DNA from: a virus
Virus record (IMG/VR): IMGVR_UViG_3300044591_000896
Coordinates: 32,001 to 96,000 of that record
DNA: 64,000 nucleotides
Strand: one strand, 5' to 3'
Both the position numbers and the translations under genes were made by a program. Numbering within the stretch: position 1 is the first letter of the stretch; each line of letters begins with the position of its first letter. This document shows positions 16,619 to 24,993 of this stretch, piece by piece. The notes beneath the pieces were generated by a model, which saw only the letters and a list, made by a program, of their open reading frames with translations, ran no database searches and was not told the origin of the DNA.

Positions 16619-17336
16619 GAATTGTTGCCCCCAAATCTACTTGCTCAATCTTATATCCTACATCACGACCATATACAATATTAGTAATGTTAGGTAATCT
16701 TAATACTAATGCACCATCCATAAATTCATCTTTGGCAATATATTCTTTTACCTGATCAAACTTAAGTGGATCCTTCTCGCTTGTTTTATATGTGTTACGC
16801 ACACCAAGCAGCACCTGCTTTGTTCTCTTTCCCGCCTCTTCATATAATGCGTGATGTCCTTCATGCCATGGCTGATACCTACCAAGCATTAATGTAGTTG
16901 GTGCTGACCAATCGTGAAGATTAAAATAACTAATAATTACTGAGGCTTTTTGCTCAGCATCTAGTTTGTGACTATCAAATTTTGCATCAGGATCTTCTGG
17001 CTTTTCAAACATCTTGTTTGTATCTTCAAATCTTCCCTCTTCTATTGTATCCATGAAGATAAGAATGTCTGGCTTACCGAATGCTGCACGAGTTAATTCT
17101 GTAGGACAAACAAAGTCAACTACTACTGGTGCTACTCCTTGCTTGGCAATTAATCTTGCCATCTCTCCCATGCGTCTTGCTTGCTCTATTCTATCTTCAG
17201 CACTAAATCCTAGGTCAGAATTTACTGTTGCACGGACTTCATCTGCATTAAGATGTATTGCGTTAATTCTTTCTTTTAAAGCTTTTGCAAGCTCTGTCTT
17301 TCCAGAACCTGGGAGACCAATTATTTGAATAATCAT
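16575..17336 (-). CDS. cysC: Adenylylsulfate (APS) kinase fused to an HxGH nucleotidyltransferase domain
   Basis: GLPGSGKT P-loop, LNADEVR, DLGFSAEDRIEQARRMGE; C-terminal LGRYQPWHEGH...ISATQKR. Confidence 0.88.
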   Translation of the reverse strand: MIIQIIGLPGSGKTELAKALKERINAIHLNADEVRATVNSDLGFSAEDRIEQARRMGEMARLIAKQGVAPVVVDFVCPTELTRAAFGKPDILIFMDTIEEGRFEDTNKMFEKPEDPDAKFDSHKLDAEQKASVIISYFNLHDWSAPTTLMLGRYQPWHEGHHALYEEAGKRTKQVLLGVRNTYKTSEKDPLKFDQVKEYIAKDEFMDGALVLRLPNITNIVYGRDVGYKIEQVDLGATIHAISATQKRIEMGL

Positions 17337-17354
17337 TTTAATCTTTCTGTTAAG

Positions 17355-17381
17355 TGGGTAGTTTTAGGACATACCCAGGTC
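17355..17381 (-). ncRNA. Candidate mini H-type pseudoknot, copy A
   Basis: GAC CTGGGTAT GTC CTAAAAC TACCCA; covaries with the copy at 19050-19076. Confidence 0.55.
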
Positions 17382-17387
17382 TCACGG

Positions 17388-17804
17388 TTATTTAATTTTT
17401 AGAATTTTTGGTTGTTTTTCTTTTGGTAGATTTCTAACTACACGGATATGCAACATGCCATCCTTTAGCTCTACACTAGAAACTTCCATGTATTCACTTA
17501 GTTCAAAGATTCTTGTGAACTTACGTGCAGCGATTCCCTTGTGGACAACTTCTGCATCTGTTACTTCTGTAATTTCACCTGTGATCCAAAGACTTCCGTC
17601 TTCAATTGACACAGTCAGATCTTCTCTTGTGAATCCAGCAACTGCCAGCGTTAACTGATAGTTATCTTCGTCTAGCTTTAGCAAATCATATGGCGGGAAT
17701 GCCGTATTGTTTACCTTACTAAGACTATTGAAGCGCTCCAACTCTCTGTTGAAGCCAATAAAAAATGGATCCTTAAATAGATCCATAGCAAATTGTGTTA
17801 CCAT
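17388..17804 (-). CDS. Small heat-shock protein Hsp20 (IbpA-like)
   Basis: FPPYDLLK...LAVAGF...HKGIAARKFTRIFEL...LKDGMLHI...PKILKIK. Confidence 0.95.
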   Translation of the reverse strand: MVTQFAMDLFKDPFFIGFNRELERFNSLSKVNNTAFPPYDLLKLDEDNYQLTLAVAGFTREDLTVSIEDGSLWITGEITEVTDAEVVHKGIAARKFTRIFELSEYMEVSSVELKDGMLHIRVVRNLPKEKQPKILKIK

Positions 17805-17861
17805 TTTATTCTCCTTTTAAGCAAGTAATATGGTCACCCCCATTTGGCAGGTGACCATATT
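17805..17861 (-). promoter_or_regulatory. ROSE-like RNA thermometer in the hsp20 5'UTR
   Basis: 5' hairpin GGTCACC...GGTGACC, then CTTGCT-TAAA-AGGAG pairing over the SD with a bulged G. Confidence 0.6.
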
Positions 17862-17891
17862 ATTATACCATTTAGGTGACTAGGATTGCAA
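17862..17891 (-). promoter_or_regulatory. hsp20 promoter
   Basis: TTGCAA-N18-TATAAT with extended TG. Confidence 0.75.
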
Positions 17892-18299
17892 CTACTTTTT
17901 TGCTTTTGCCCTAGCTTTTGCTAATGCGTCAAAATCTTTTACTTTGGTATCTCCAAGATAACCCCAAGCGTATCCTTCAGATATCATTTGCTCATTAATT
18001 GAAACTTCTGAGCCATCAAGATATACCCACCCTAATATTCTTCCGTATTTTTCTGAGCTGTCCATCTTTTCAGTTTTAATTACAACGCTTTTAGCATCTT
18101 TAATCTTTGACTTAAGATATTCTTTTGACTCAAGACCAAGAACTTTTTCTGCTTTATCTGAAGTTCTGCTTTCTGGTGTATCAATTCCAGCAAGTCTTAC
18201 TCTTGAACTAAAAGATATACTAAATCCTAAATCGATGTCAACATCAATAGTGTCTCCATCAACAACGTTTGTTACTTTTTTTACATAGTATTCAAACAT
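17892..18299 (-). CDS. Thermonuclease (SNase-like) protein
   Basis: VVDGDTIDV...RVRLAGIDTPE...KYGRILG...INEQMISEGYA. Confidence 0.92.
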   Translation of the reverse strand: MFEYYVKKVTNVVDGDTIDVDIDLGFSISFSSRVRLAGIDTPESRTSDKAEKVLGLESKEYLKSKIKDAKSVVIKTEKMDSSEKYGRILGWVYLDGSEVSINEQMISEGYAWGYLGDTKVKDFDALAKARAKAKK

Positions 18300-18922
18300 T
18301 ACTTTGTTGTCTTTTTAGACGCCTTCTTAATGCCTTCTAATGTTGTTGTGTTTACTGTTTCAGTTTTTTTAGCTGCTGGCTTTTCTGCCTTTGGCTTTAC
18401 TGCTACACCAAATGCGGGTCTTCCAAATCCTACTACTGCTACTGGCTGTGACTTGCGTAGCTTTGATCCGTTCTTTTTCTTGTATGCACGAACCTTTAAG
18501 CATGCTTCTCCACCATTTCTTTGGTCTCCCTTTTTATCTGAGCTGGTGTTTCCTTCTACACATGTTACTGTTCCGTCTCCATTGTCTTTTACAACAATTC
18601 CAACGTGAGAAATTCTATCGACACCGTCTCCTGGGAAATCAAAATACAGGATATCTCCTGGCTGTGGTGTTGCTTCTTCTGCTTTCTGCCATGTGCCAGC
18701 TTTAATAAATGCTTGTGCTCCTGCTGGTGTGTAAACTGTGTTAGGAATTTTTACGCCAGCCTCATTTCCGCACCACATAACAAAGCTTCCGCACCATGGT
18801 TGAAAGTTTGCTTTAGCAAACTTGCCATACTTTGTTTCGTTATCTTTTGGTCCTTCAATATATCCAACTTCTGCAAGAGCTACTTCTACTAGTCTTGCCG
18901 CTGATCCTTGTACTGCTGCCAT
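18299..18922 (-). CDS. CHAP-domain peptidoglycan hydrolase (endolysin candidate)
   Basis: PWCGSFVMW...PQPGDILYF...HVGIV...EGNTS. Confidence 0.88.
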   Translation of the reverse strand: MAAVQGSAARLVEVALAEVGYIEGPKDNETKYGKFAKANFQPWCGSFVMWCGNEAGVKIPNTVYTPAGAQAFIKAGTWQKAEEATPQPGDILYFDFPGDGVDRISHVGIVVKDNGDGTVTCVEGNTSSDKKGDQRNGGEACLKVRAYKKKNGSKLRKSQPVAVVGFGRPAFGVAVKPKAEKPAAKKTETVNTTTLEGIKKASKKTTK

Positions 18923-18974
18923 TTTATTTCCTCCTAGAAAATTGATTACTTTAATTATACCATTTTTATATTTG

Positions 18975-19047
18975 TGTCCCCAGATGGGCTCGAACCATCG
19001 ACCCGCAGATTAAAAGTCTGCTGCTCTACCGACTGAGCTATAGGAAC
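18975..19047 (-). tRNA. tRNA-Lys(TTT)
   Basis: GTTCCTA...GCAGA CT TTT AA TCTGC...GATGG TTCGAGC CCATC TGGGGAC A. Confidence 0.93.
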
Positions 19048-19049
19048 TT

Positions 19050-19076
19050 ATGGCAGTTTTAAGTCTTGCCTAGGAC
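19050..19076 (-). ncRNA. Candidate mini H-type pseudoknot, copy B
   Basis: GTC CTAGGCAA GAC TTAAAAC TGCCAT; compensatory changes relative to copy A. Confidence 0.55.
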
Positions 19077-19081
19077 ATATA

Positions 19082-19594
19082 TTAAGCTGAGAGTATCTTT
19101 GCTAATGCGTTTACTGTTGCTGCAATTCTTCCGATATCACGCAACTGCTCGACTGAGTAGCCTTCCTCTTTCAATGTTTCATAGTGTGCTTTAACACAGA
19201 AATGGCATTTCCCTACAATAGATGAAGCTAACGAGTAAGCCTCAAATCTTGCTTTTGTAGTGCCTCCATGAGATGCTATTGCATTCATTCTAAGCTGCGC
19301 TGGTAACCCCTTTAAGTTAGGATCATCTGCCATCTCAATGTATGGATACCAAACATTATTTTGTGCCATGATAGCACCAGCTGTAAGTGCCGCATTTCTT
19401 TCTACTTCGTCTGTTGCACTTGCTGTAATAAAAGCAACAAGCTTTCCGTTTCCAGTAGCAAAGGCTGCAGCTAATGCGAGATAGGTTGCCTGTTCTGAAT
19501 CAATAGTTGATCTATTAATTACTGAATCTAGATTTAACCTAATGTCCTTAGCGTACTCTGGAAGATTTTCATTAATCTGGCCAACCCAAGACAT
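19082..19594 (-). CDS. ahpD: Alkyl hydroperoxide reductase AhpD
   Basis: LPEYAKDIRLNL...AIMAQNNVWY...LRMNAI...GKCHFCVKAH; directly downstream of ahpC. Confidence 0.95.
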   Translation of the reverse strand: MSWVGQINENLPEYAKDIRLNLDSVINRSTIDSEQATYLALAAAFATGNGKLVAFITASATDEVERNAALTAGAIMAQNNVWYPYIEMADDPNLKGLPAQLRMNAIASHGGTTKARFEAYSLASSIVGKCHFCVKAHYETLKEEGYSVEQLRDIGRIAATVNALAKILSA

Positions 19595-20130
19595 TACAGC
19601 GTCTCCCCGCCAAGTGATCTATTGCATGCACATAGCTCACCAGTTTGAAGAGCATCTAGAACACGAAGAGTTTCATCTGGATTTCTTCCTACATCTAAAT
19701 TGTTTACTGTTACATGCTGGATAATATTATCTGGGTCTACAATAAATGTTGCACGATATGCTACTCCAGAAGAGTGTTGAATTCCAAGGTCACCAGATAA
19801 TTGATGTGCTGTATCTGCAAAGGACCAAGAATTAGTTTTCTTTAAATCTTCATGAGCATTGCGCCATGCAATTTTGCAAAACTCGTTATCCACTGATCCA
19901 GTCATAAGGACTGCGTCACGGTCATTAAAATCATTTACAAGAGCATCATATGCAACAATTTCTGTTGGGCATACAAAGGTAAAATCTTTTGGATAGAATG
20001 CAATAATTTTCCATTTGCCTGGAAAAGAATCTTGGTTTATTACTTCAAAAGATGAGTCGTCATAAGATAACGCTCCAGGTTTAACTCCGATAACGGCAAA
20101 GTTACCAAGTTTATCTCCTATTGTTTTCAT
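19594..20130 (-). CDS. ahpC: Peroxiredoxin AhpC
   Basis: FYPKDFTFVCPTEI, GRNPDETLRVLDALQTGELCAC. Start moved to MKTIG after AAGGAG. Confidence 0.96.
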   Translation of the reverse strand: MKTIGDKLGNFAVIGVKPGALSYDDSSFEVINQDSFPGKWKIIAFYPKDFTFVCPTEIVAYDALVNDFNDRDAVLMTGSVDNEFCKIAWRNAHEDLKKTNSWSFADTAHQLSGDLGIQHSSGVAYRATFIVDPDNIIQHVTVNNLDVGRNPDETLRVLDALQTGELCACNRSLGGETL

Positions 20131-20165
20131 GTTTCTCCTTATATATAAGTGATACAAACGTATCG

Positions 20166-20237
20166 CACCCCTGGCTGGAATCGAACCAGCGACCAACAGA
20201 TTAGAAGTCTGTTGCTCTTCCGCTGAGCTACAGAGGT
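20166..20237 (-). tRNA. tRNA-Arg(TCT)
   Basis: ACCTCTG...ACAGA CT TCT AA TCTGT...GCTGG TTCGATT CCAGC CAGGGGT G. Confidence 0.93.
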
Positions 20238-20240
20238 ATT

Positions 20241-20546
20241 TTATTGATCTTCTTCGTCTTGATTCATTTCTACTAATCCCAGGGTCTTTGCCATCTCTTC
20301 TCCTTCTGGACTTAGCGAAAAAGTTGCTTCTAAATTTTCATCATATGAAACATTTAAAAATCCACTTTCAAATAACTTTAGCATTGCATCATCAATATAC
20401 TCTGTGTGCGCTTTCCATAACTCAGGCGCAATATCTTTGGCCTTTTCTGTTATCAGAAAAATAAACTCTCCGTCTTCGTCAATGCCTTCAACTGAAACAG
20501 CACCGATTTCTATGTAGTACTCTATATCTTTCACATATTCTCCCAT
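20241..20546 (-). CDS. Hypothetical acidic protein
   Basis: The ATG begins 1 nt after the tRNA(CAT) discriminator base. Confidence 0.7.
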   Translation of the reverse strand: MGEYVKDIEYYIEIGAVSVEGIDEDGEFIFLITEKAKDIAPELWKAHTEYIDDAMLKLFESGFLNVSYDENLEATFSLSPEGEEMAKTLGLVEMNQDEEDQ

Positions 20547-20547
20547 G

Positions 20548-20621
20548 TGCAACAGGTAGGACTCGAACCTACGATTACCGAATTATGAGTTCGGGGCTTT
20601 AACCAACTAAGCTACTGTTGC
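20548..20621 (-). tRNA. tRNA with CAT anticodon (elongator Met or Ile2)
   Basis: GCAACAG...CCGAA CT CAT AA TTCGG...GTAGG TTCGAGT CCTAC CTGTTGC A. Paired 1-72 and no GGG/CCC anticodon stem, so not an initiator. Confidence 0.92.
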
Positions 20622-20631
20622 CTAGTTGCAA

Positions 20632-20880
20632 TTATAGTATAACCTTATCGTTATTGTCAATGGTTTTTTCAACTATCTGCTGCACGTATTCTGAAAAATG
20701 TTTTCTTATTTTTCCAGGTGGCCTTGATCCAATAGAGTTCCAAACTCTAGTGTATTCCATTATATTGGCAAATGTAGTTGGGCATACAACTATGCCATTA
20801 AACTCTCTCAATACAGTTGGAAGTGGAACATGCTTGCCACAGCACTTACACTCTTTAGCTTTATCTTGATATTCACTCAT
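20632..20880 (-). CDS. Hypothetical Cys-containing protein
   Basis: CKCCG...CPTT; coupled to the terL stop. Confidence 0.7.
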   Translation of the reverse strand: MSEYQDKAKECKCCGKHVPLPTVLREFNGIVVCPTTFANIMEYTRVWNSIGSRPPGKIRKHFSEYVQQIVEKTIDNNDKVIL

Positions 20881-22676
20881 ATTATTTGCATCCTGTCCAT
20901 TGCTTCTCTTAAATCTTGTGGCATTCTTGGTGCCCTAATCATATTAGTTGATGTTACATCTGGGTTATCTCTACTAAAATCATCATGTATTGACATTGAC
21001 TCATATGTATGAATGTTTATTTCATTATTCATGTCTGGCCTTGTTCTACTAATTGAATTAAATATAGATCCACAGACTGCATCCGCCAAGTCTTTAGAAC
21101 CTTTTCGTGGGTGATCAACCTTATCACGCATAATTTTTAACTGCAACAATTCATCAATTAGAAGTGGTATATATGGACCATTGAGTCTTTCTTCTAATAC
21201 AACCATAGCCATATCGTCATAATGCTTTTTAGCCACCGACAAAATTTCAGTATTAATTCCATATTGCTTTAGCTGCTGCATCATATCATGCGAGTTCCAT
21301 CGGTCAAATGTACACACTCCTATATTAAACCCACGTGTTTTAAGTGCAAGTATATAGTCTTTAACCTCAGTAAAATCAACAGACTTATCAGGCGTAGGTG
21401 TCCAGTATCTAACTGCATCTACACTAACAATTGGTGCTGGCTGAGAGTACTCGTTTGTAACTCTAACATTAACCCATCTTTCAACATGTGCTAGCGAGAC
21501 TGCACAGTGGTCGTGCTTTTGTGCAAGGTCAACGTGTATAAAGTATCTTGTATCTTCTTTTGGTTTAAACCATTCTTCTAATCTACCAAAGCTATCTACA
21601 GAAAGAGCAGTATTATTAAATGCCTTCTCTACCTTTTCACGTGACTTAAAGAAAGCATCTACCATCTCTGGTGGCATGCAAGCAAATCTACCAAGAGCGT
21701 CTAACGAATTCTTGTAGAAGTCTACCTTAAAATCTTCAATCTTTTTAGTTGGGTTGACTTCCCATGTTGGCCTCTTTAAAGCATATGTCTTAGGATACAG
21801 ATAAGATATGATGTGGTCTTCTTCCCAATCAATAGTTATCTCATTACCATCAGTTCCGTCTGGGAGATCATCGTCCATCTTAAGAGTCTTTGTTCTAATA
21901 ATAGTTTCTTTTTCTCCAATAACAGACTCATAGAATTTTTGTATTGGATCATTTTTGAAACGGGGGAATGAAAGTAAAATTACTTTTCCATAGTCTGGGA
22001 AACGGGACATCACAGATGCACGGTACATGTCATATATAGCATCAGCTGTCTTAGCCTGGTCATGTCCTGTTGTATTTTCCATGGCAAAACCAGAGATCTC
22101 ATCAAGGATAACAGTTATAACGTTGTATCCTTCCCATGCTTCTCTTTGAGAGTGGCCTGAGTATACATTTACATTCTTATCAAATTTAATTTCAGATGCT
22201 TTAGGCTCATATTTTCCAGCAAACCATGGGGACAATTCAATTCTTGTCTTAAATCCTTTAAAGAAAACATTGTTTGCCTGCTGTGCGTTAATAGCAATAT
22301 TTAGGATATCAATTGTGTCACCTGGTGGCTTACCATAGTATGTTGCTGGATCTTTTAGACATAGCAATAAATAAACTTGATAGGCAACTGAAATCGTAGC
22401 AGTGTAGTCTTTACCAGAACCTTTACCTAGCTGTGCAATTACTTCATTGCATGTCTGCTTAAATCTTAGCTTTCCATCCTCTTCGCCAAAAAGCTTTATT
22501 AGAGTGGACTCTTTATATATCTGGGAAGACTTTTCAATAAGCGTATACTGTAGTTCAGATAATTGTGGCAGCCCTAAATAATTTGGATCAGTAACAAATG
22601 TTTGTAGGTCTACTGGACGCTCTTCAAATTCTTCTCCGTCAAGTATGTCAATTAAATCTGAAAAATCAAACGACAT
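20877..22676 (-). CDS. terL: Terminase large subunit
   Basis: GKGSGKD Walker A variant, VILDE Walker B, RNase H-like HVDLA...FDRWNS...DHPRKGSKDLADA. Confidence 0.92.
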   Translation of the reverse strand: MSFDFSDLIDILDGEEFEERPVDLQTFVTDPNYLGLPQLSELQYTLIEKSSQIYKESTLIKLFGEEDGKLRFKQTCNEVIAQLGKGSGKDYTATISVAYQVYLLLCLKDPATYYGKPPGDTIDILNIAINAQQANNVFFKGFKTRIELSPWFAGKYEPKASEIKFDKNVNVYSGHSQREAWEGYNVITVILDEISGFAMENTTGHDQAKTADAIYDMYRASVMSRFPDYGKVILLSFPRFKNDPIQKFYESVIGEKETIIRTKTLKMDDDLPDGTDGNEITIDWEEDHIISYLYPKTYALKRPTWEVNPTKKIEDFKVDFYKNSLDALGRFACMPPEMVDAFFKSREKVEKAFNNTALSVDSFGRLEEWFKPKEDTRYFIHVDLAQKHDHCAVSLAHVERWVNVRVTNEYSQPAPIVSVDAVRYWTPTPDKSVDFTEVKDYILALKTRGFNIGVCTFDRWNSHDMMQQLKQYGINTEILSVAKKHYDDMAMVVLEERLNGPYIPLLIDELLQLKIMRDKVDHPRKGSKDLADAVCGSIFNSISRTRPDMNNEINIHTYESMSIHDDFSRDNPDVTSTNMIRAPRMPQDLREAMDRMQII

Positions 22677-23202
22677 CTGCGTCCTGAATTACTATTGCCT
22701 CCACTACGCCAGTAATCTGGGATAGCCTTTTTGCAACATCCATTTTACACTTAGGACAAGATGCAGTTACTTCTTTTAATATACCTACTAGTATTTCTTG
22801 CTTACGTTCTGTCTCTGCAATTTGTGATGCTATCTGTGTATTCTCTAGAACTCCAACAGATTGAAGCATGGCTATTCTTTTAGTCTCTATATCTGCAATT
22901 AGTTTTAGTGCTCCCGCCTTAACACTAAGCTGCCCGCTTTGATCTGCGTCTTCTACGGTCTTCCAGGCCTCTTTAATAAGCATTGCATAGTGTTGGTCAG
23001 CACCAGAGATTGCTTCTCTTGCTCTATCTCTTATATTAGAATCATTGTGTACGACTGTCTTCCACTCATCAATAAACTCTAGGACTTCTTTTCTAGAAAA
23101 TCCTGTAGCTGCTGCTATCTGCGTGGCTGAATTTCCCTTGAGTAATTCCTCAACGACTTTATTCATTCGGTCAAAATGTACTGCTGGCTCTATATCGCTC
23201 AT
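22666..23202 (-). CDS. terS: Probable terminase small subunit
   Basis: N-terminal HTH (SATQIAAATGFSRKEV) plus helical oligomerisation region; overlaps the terL start. Confidence 0.65.
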   Translation of the reverse strand: MSDIEPAVHFDRMNKVVEELLKGNSATQIAAATGFSRKEVLEFIDEWKTVVHNDSNIRDRAREAISGADQHYAMLIKEAWKTVEDADQSGQLSVKAGALKLIADIETKRIAMLQSVGVLENTQIASQIAETERKQEILVGILKEVTASCPKCKMDVAKRLSQITGVVEAIVIQDADVV

Positions 23203-23208
23203 GATACT

Positions 23209-23237
23209 ATTATACTTCTAGTCGACTGAAATGGCAA
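23209..23237 (-). promoter_or_regulatory. SigA-type promoter, leaderless, for the terminase operon
   Basis: TTGCCA-N17-TATAAT, then 6 nt to the ATG at 23202. Confidence 0.75.
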
Positions 23238-23562
23238 CCTGAGACATGGCTATTCTTAATAACACCAGGTATCCAATTAAATCATCAACATCATTATCTC
23301 CAGCATACCCCTGTGAGTTCTTAATCCTATTTAATTTATCATCAATGCGAACCTTTAATTGCTCTACTGAATCTGACTGTGCAAATAATCTCATTGGATT
23401 TAAAGCAGAATCTCCGTATGATACATTTTTTTTAATTAACATCTCAGCAATATCAAGACATTCATTCATAATTTTATTTCCTGATGGTGCATCTGTAGCT
23501 AACAACTGCAGGTCTGTAACCCACATTTGAAAACCCTTTTCTCTTTCTGGATAACCCGCCAT
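23218..23562 (-). CDS. DUF1599/Nmad1-like (nucleotide-modification-associated) protein
   Basis: KKNVSYGDS...VRIDDKLNRI...DLIGYLVL. Confidence 0.7.
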   Translation of the reverse strand: MAGYPEREKGFQMWVTDLQLLATDAPSGNKIMNECLDIAEMLIKKNVSYGDSALNPMRLFAQSDSVEQLKVRIDDKLNRIKNSQGYAGDNDVDDLIGYLVLLRIAMSQVAISVD

Positions 23563-24221
23563 TATTCCATCTCCTTATATAGTCTCTTTAGTCCCTTTAG
23601 TGTTCCAATATCCATATATTGTCCACCTGGCTTTACTGCACGAACATCTAAATTCATATCGATCCATTCCTGTATTTGTTTTCCTGGGTGGTCCAACGAT
23701 GAATCAACATATCTTATCAAATTTTTTCTAAATAGCATAGTGCCCCACATGTAAGAATAATCGCAATCATCTACTTTATCTTTAGAGTAAACTACTTTAT
23801 CTCCAGATAAATGTATCTGGCCTACCCTGCCCTTAAGATCTTCAGTGCATTCCCATGCACCTAGCACTAGGTCTCCGCTAGACTTAACCATTTCTTTATA
23901 TATATTATTTGGTGATCCTAATATAAATGTATCTGGCATGCCTATAAGTACGGTGTCATTGCTTTCGCCAACCATAAAGTTTACAGCATCAGACATTGTT
24001 GATGGCTCACGAACTATAAGTTTAATATTCATATCCATATTTTGAATGATTGGAACCCATTCTGCTCTTGTAGATATTCTTACTTCATCACAAACTTCAA
24101 GCATTTGCTCTACATGCCATTGTATTAATGATCTCTCATCTGATATAGGCAGGCAAAACTTTGGTATGCCCCCAACTCTAGAAGCCTTTCCAGATGCTGG
24201 CAGTAGCCCTATCGTAGCCAT
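23562..24221 (-). CDS. Sugar-phosphate nucleotidyltransferase (RmlA-like)
   Basis: GLLPASGKASRVGGIPKFCLPI, GMPD, YMDIGT. Confidence 0.85.
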   Translation of the reverse strand: MATIGLLPASGKASRVGGIPKFCLPISDERSLIQWHVEQMLEVCDEVRISTRAEWVPIIQNMDMNIKLIVREPSTMSDAVNFMVGESNDTVLIGMPDTFILGSPNNIYKEMVKSSGDLVLGAWECTEDLKGRVGQIHLSGDKVVYSKDKVDDCDYSYMWGTMLFRKNLIRYVDSSLDHPGKQIQEWIDMNLDVRAVKPGGQYMDIGTLKGLKRLYKEME

Positions 24222-24850
24222 TCTTGTGACCTTCTTCTATTTAAAGACCAATCATTTGTTAATTGAAAATTGTTTTCAGCTTTAAAATCATAGTACTCTT
24301 TATTCTTTAAAAATGTTTCATCATTTCTATTTCTTAAACTTGAGTCACTATTAATAGTTTGGCTTCCTGAAGATGGCTTTGTTTTTATTGATGTTGTTAC
24401 AATGGTTCCTTCTGGACAAAACCTTGAAACTCTTTCATGAAAATCATTATCCTCAAAATATATTGGATAAAAGTATTCATCAAAAAGCCCCACCTCTTCA
24501 ATAACATTTTCACCAACAGAAAAACACCCATAGGCATCATCTGTTAAAACAACTTTATCTGGCCCACTTGTCTCATCTATTTCTTTTAAAGAGTTCTCTC
24601 CCCAAATTGTGTCAGCTGATGCAAATAGCCAATACTTTGAATGTGGGTAAAGTTTTATACCTAAATTCCATGATGCAGACATTCCTAAATTAGCTGGCAT
24701 ATTTAGAACAGTTACCTTCTTGTCTGTCTTGTATCCGTTACCATTATCTATAACCAATATATTATCTACTGGGTAGTTTATATTATCTAGCATGCTATCT
24801 AGAAGATCATACCTATTTAATGTAGGTATGATTATTACTGGTATGCTCAT
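24209..24850 (-). CDS. Glycosyltransferase family 2
   Basis: IIIPTLNR, VIDNG, NLGMSASWNLG, VGLFDEYFYPIYFEDNDF. Confidence 0.9.
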   Translation of the reverse strand: MSIPVIIIPTLNRYDLLDSMLDNINYPVDNILVIDNGNGYKTDKKVTVLNMPANLGMSASWNLGIKLYPHSKYWLFASADTIWGENSLKEIDETSGPDKVVLTDDAYGCFSVGENVIEEVGLFDEYFYPIYFEDNDFHERVSRFCPEGTIVTTSIKTKPSSGSQTINSDSSLRNRNDETFLKNKEYYDFKAENNFQLTNDWSLNRRRSQEWLR

Positions 24851-24993
24851 CTTTTTTTAATTAATCCAAACTGCTCTAGGTATCTTTGTATGGTCATAGC
24901 AGATACTTGACACTCTTTTCCAATTTCAGTGACTGTCTTTCTTTGAACTACATATCTTCTATACAGCCACTCTTTACTTTGGTAAAGCTTCAC
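24847..24993 (-). CDS. 48-aa HTH DNA-binding protein
   Basis: Manual translation (GTG) MKLYQSKEWLYRRYVVQRKTVTEIGKECQVSAMTIQRYLEQFGLIKKR. Confidence 0.75.
   Translation of the reverse strand: MKLYQSKEWLYRRYVVQRKTVTEIGKECQVSAMTIQRYLEQFGLIKKR

Noticed and set aside
17355-17390. Stop-codon readthrough stimulated by the pseudoknot after hsp20
   Set aside because: The frame after TAA reads CCG TGA, so readthrough would add almost nothing.
19594-20196. Extended N-termini from the ORF track (ahpC, trxA, whiB, primase, 11926 start, 63579 start)
   Set aside because: They overlap tRNAs or upstream genes; internal starts with an RBS or translational coupling fit the protein families better.
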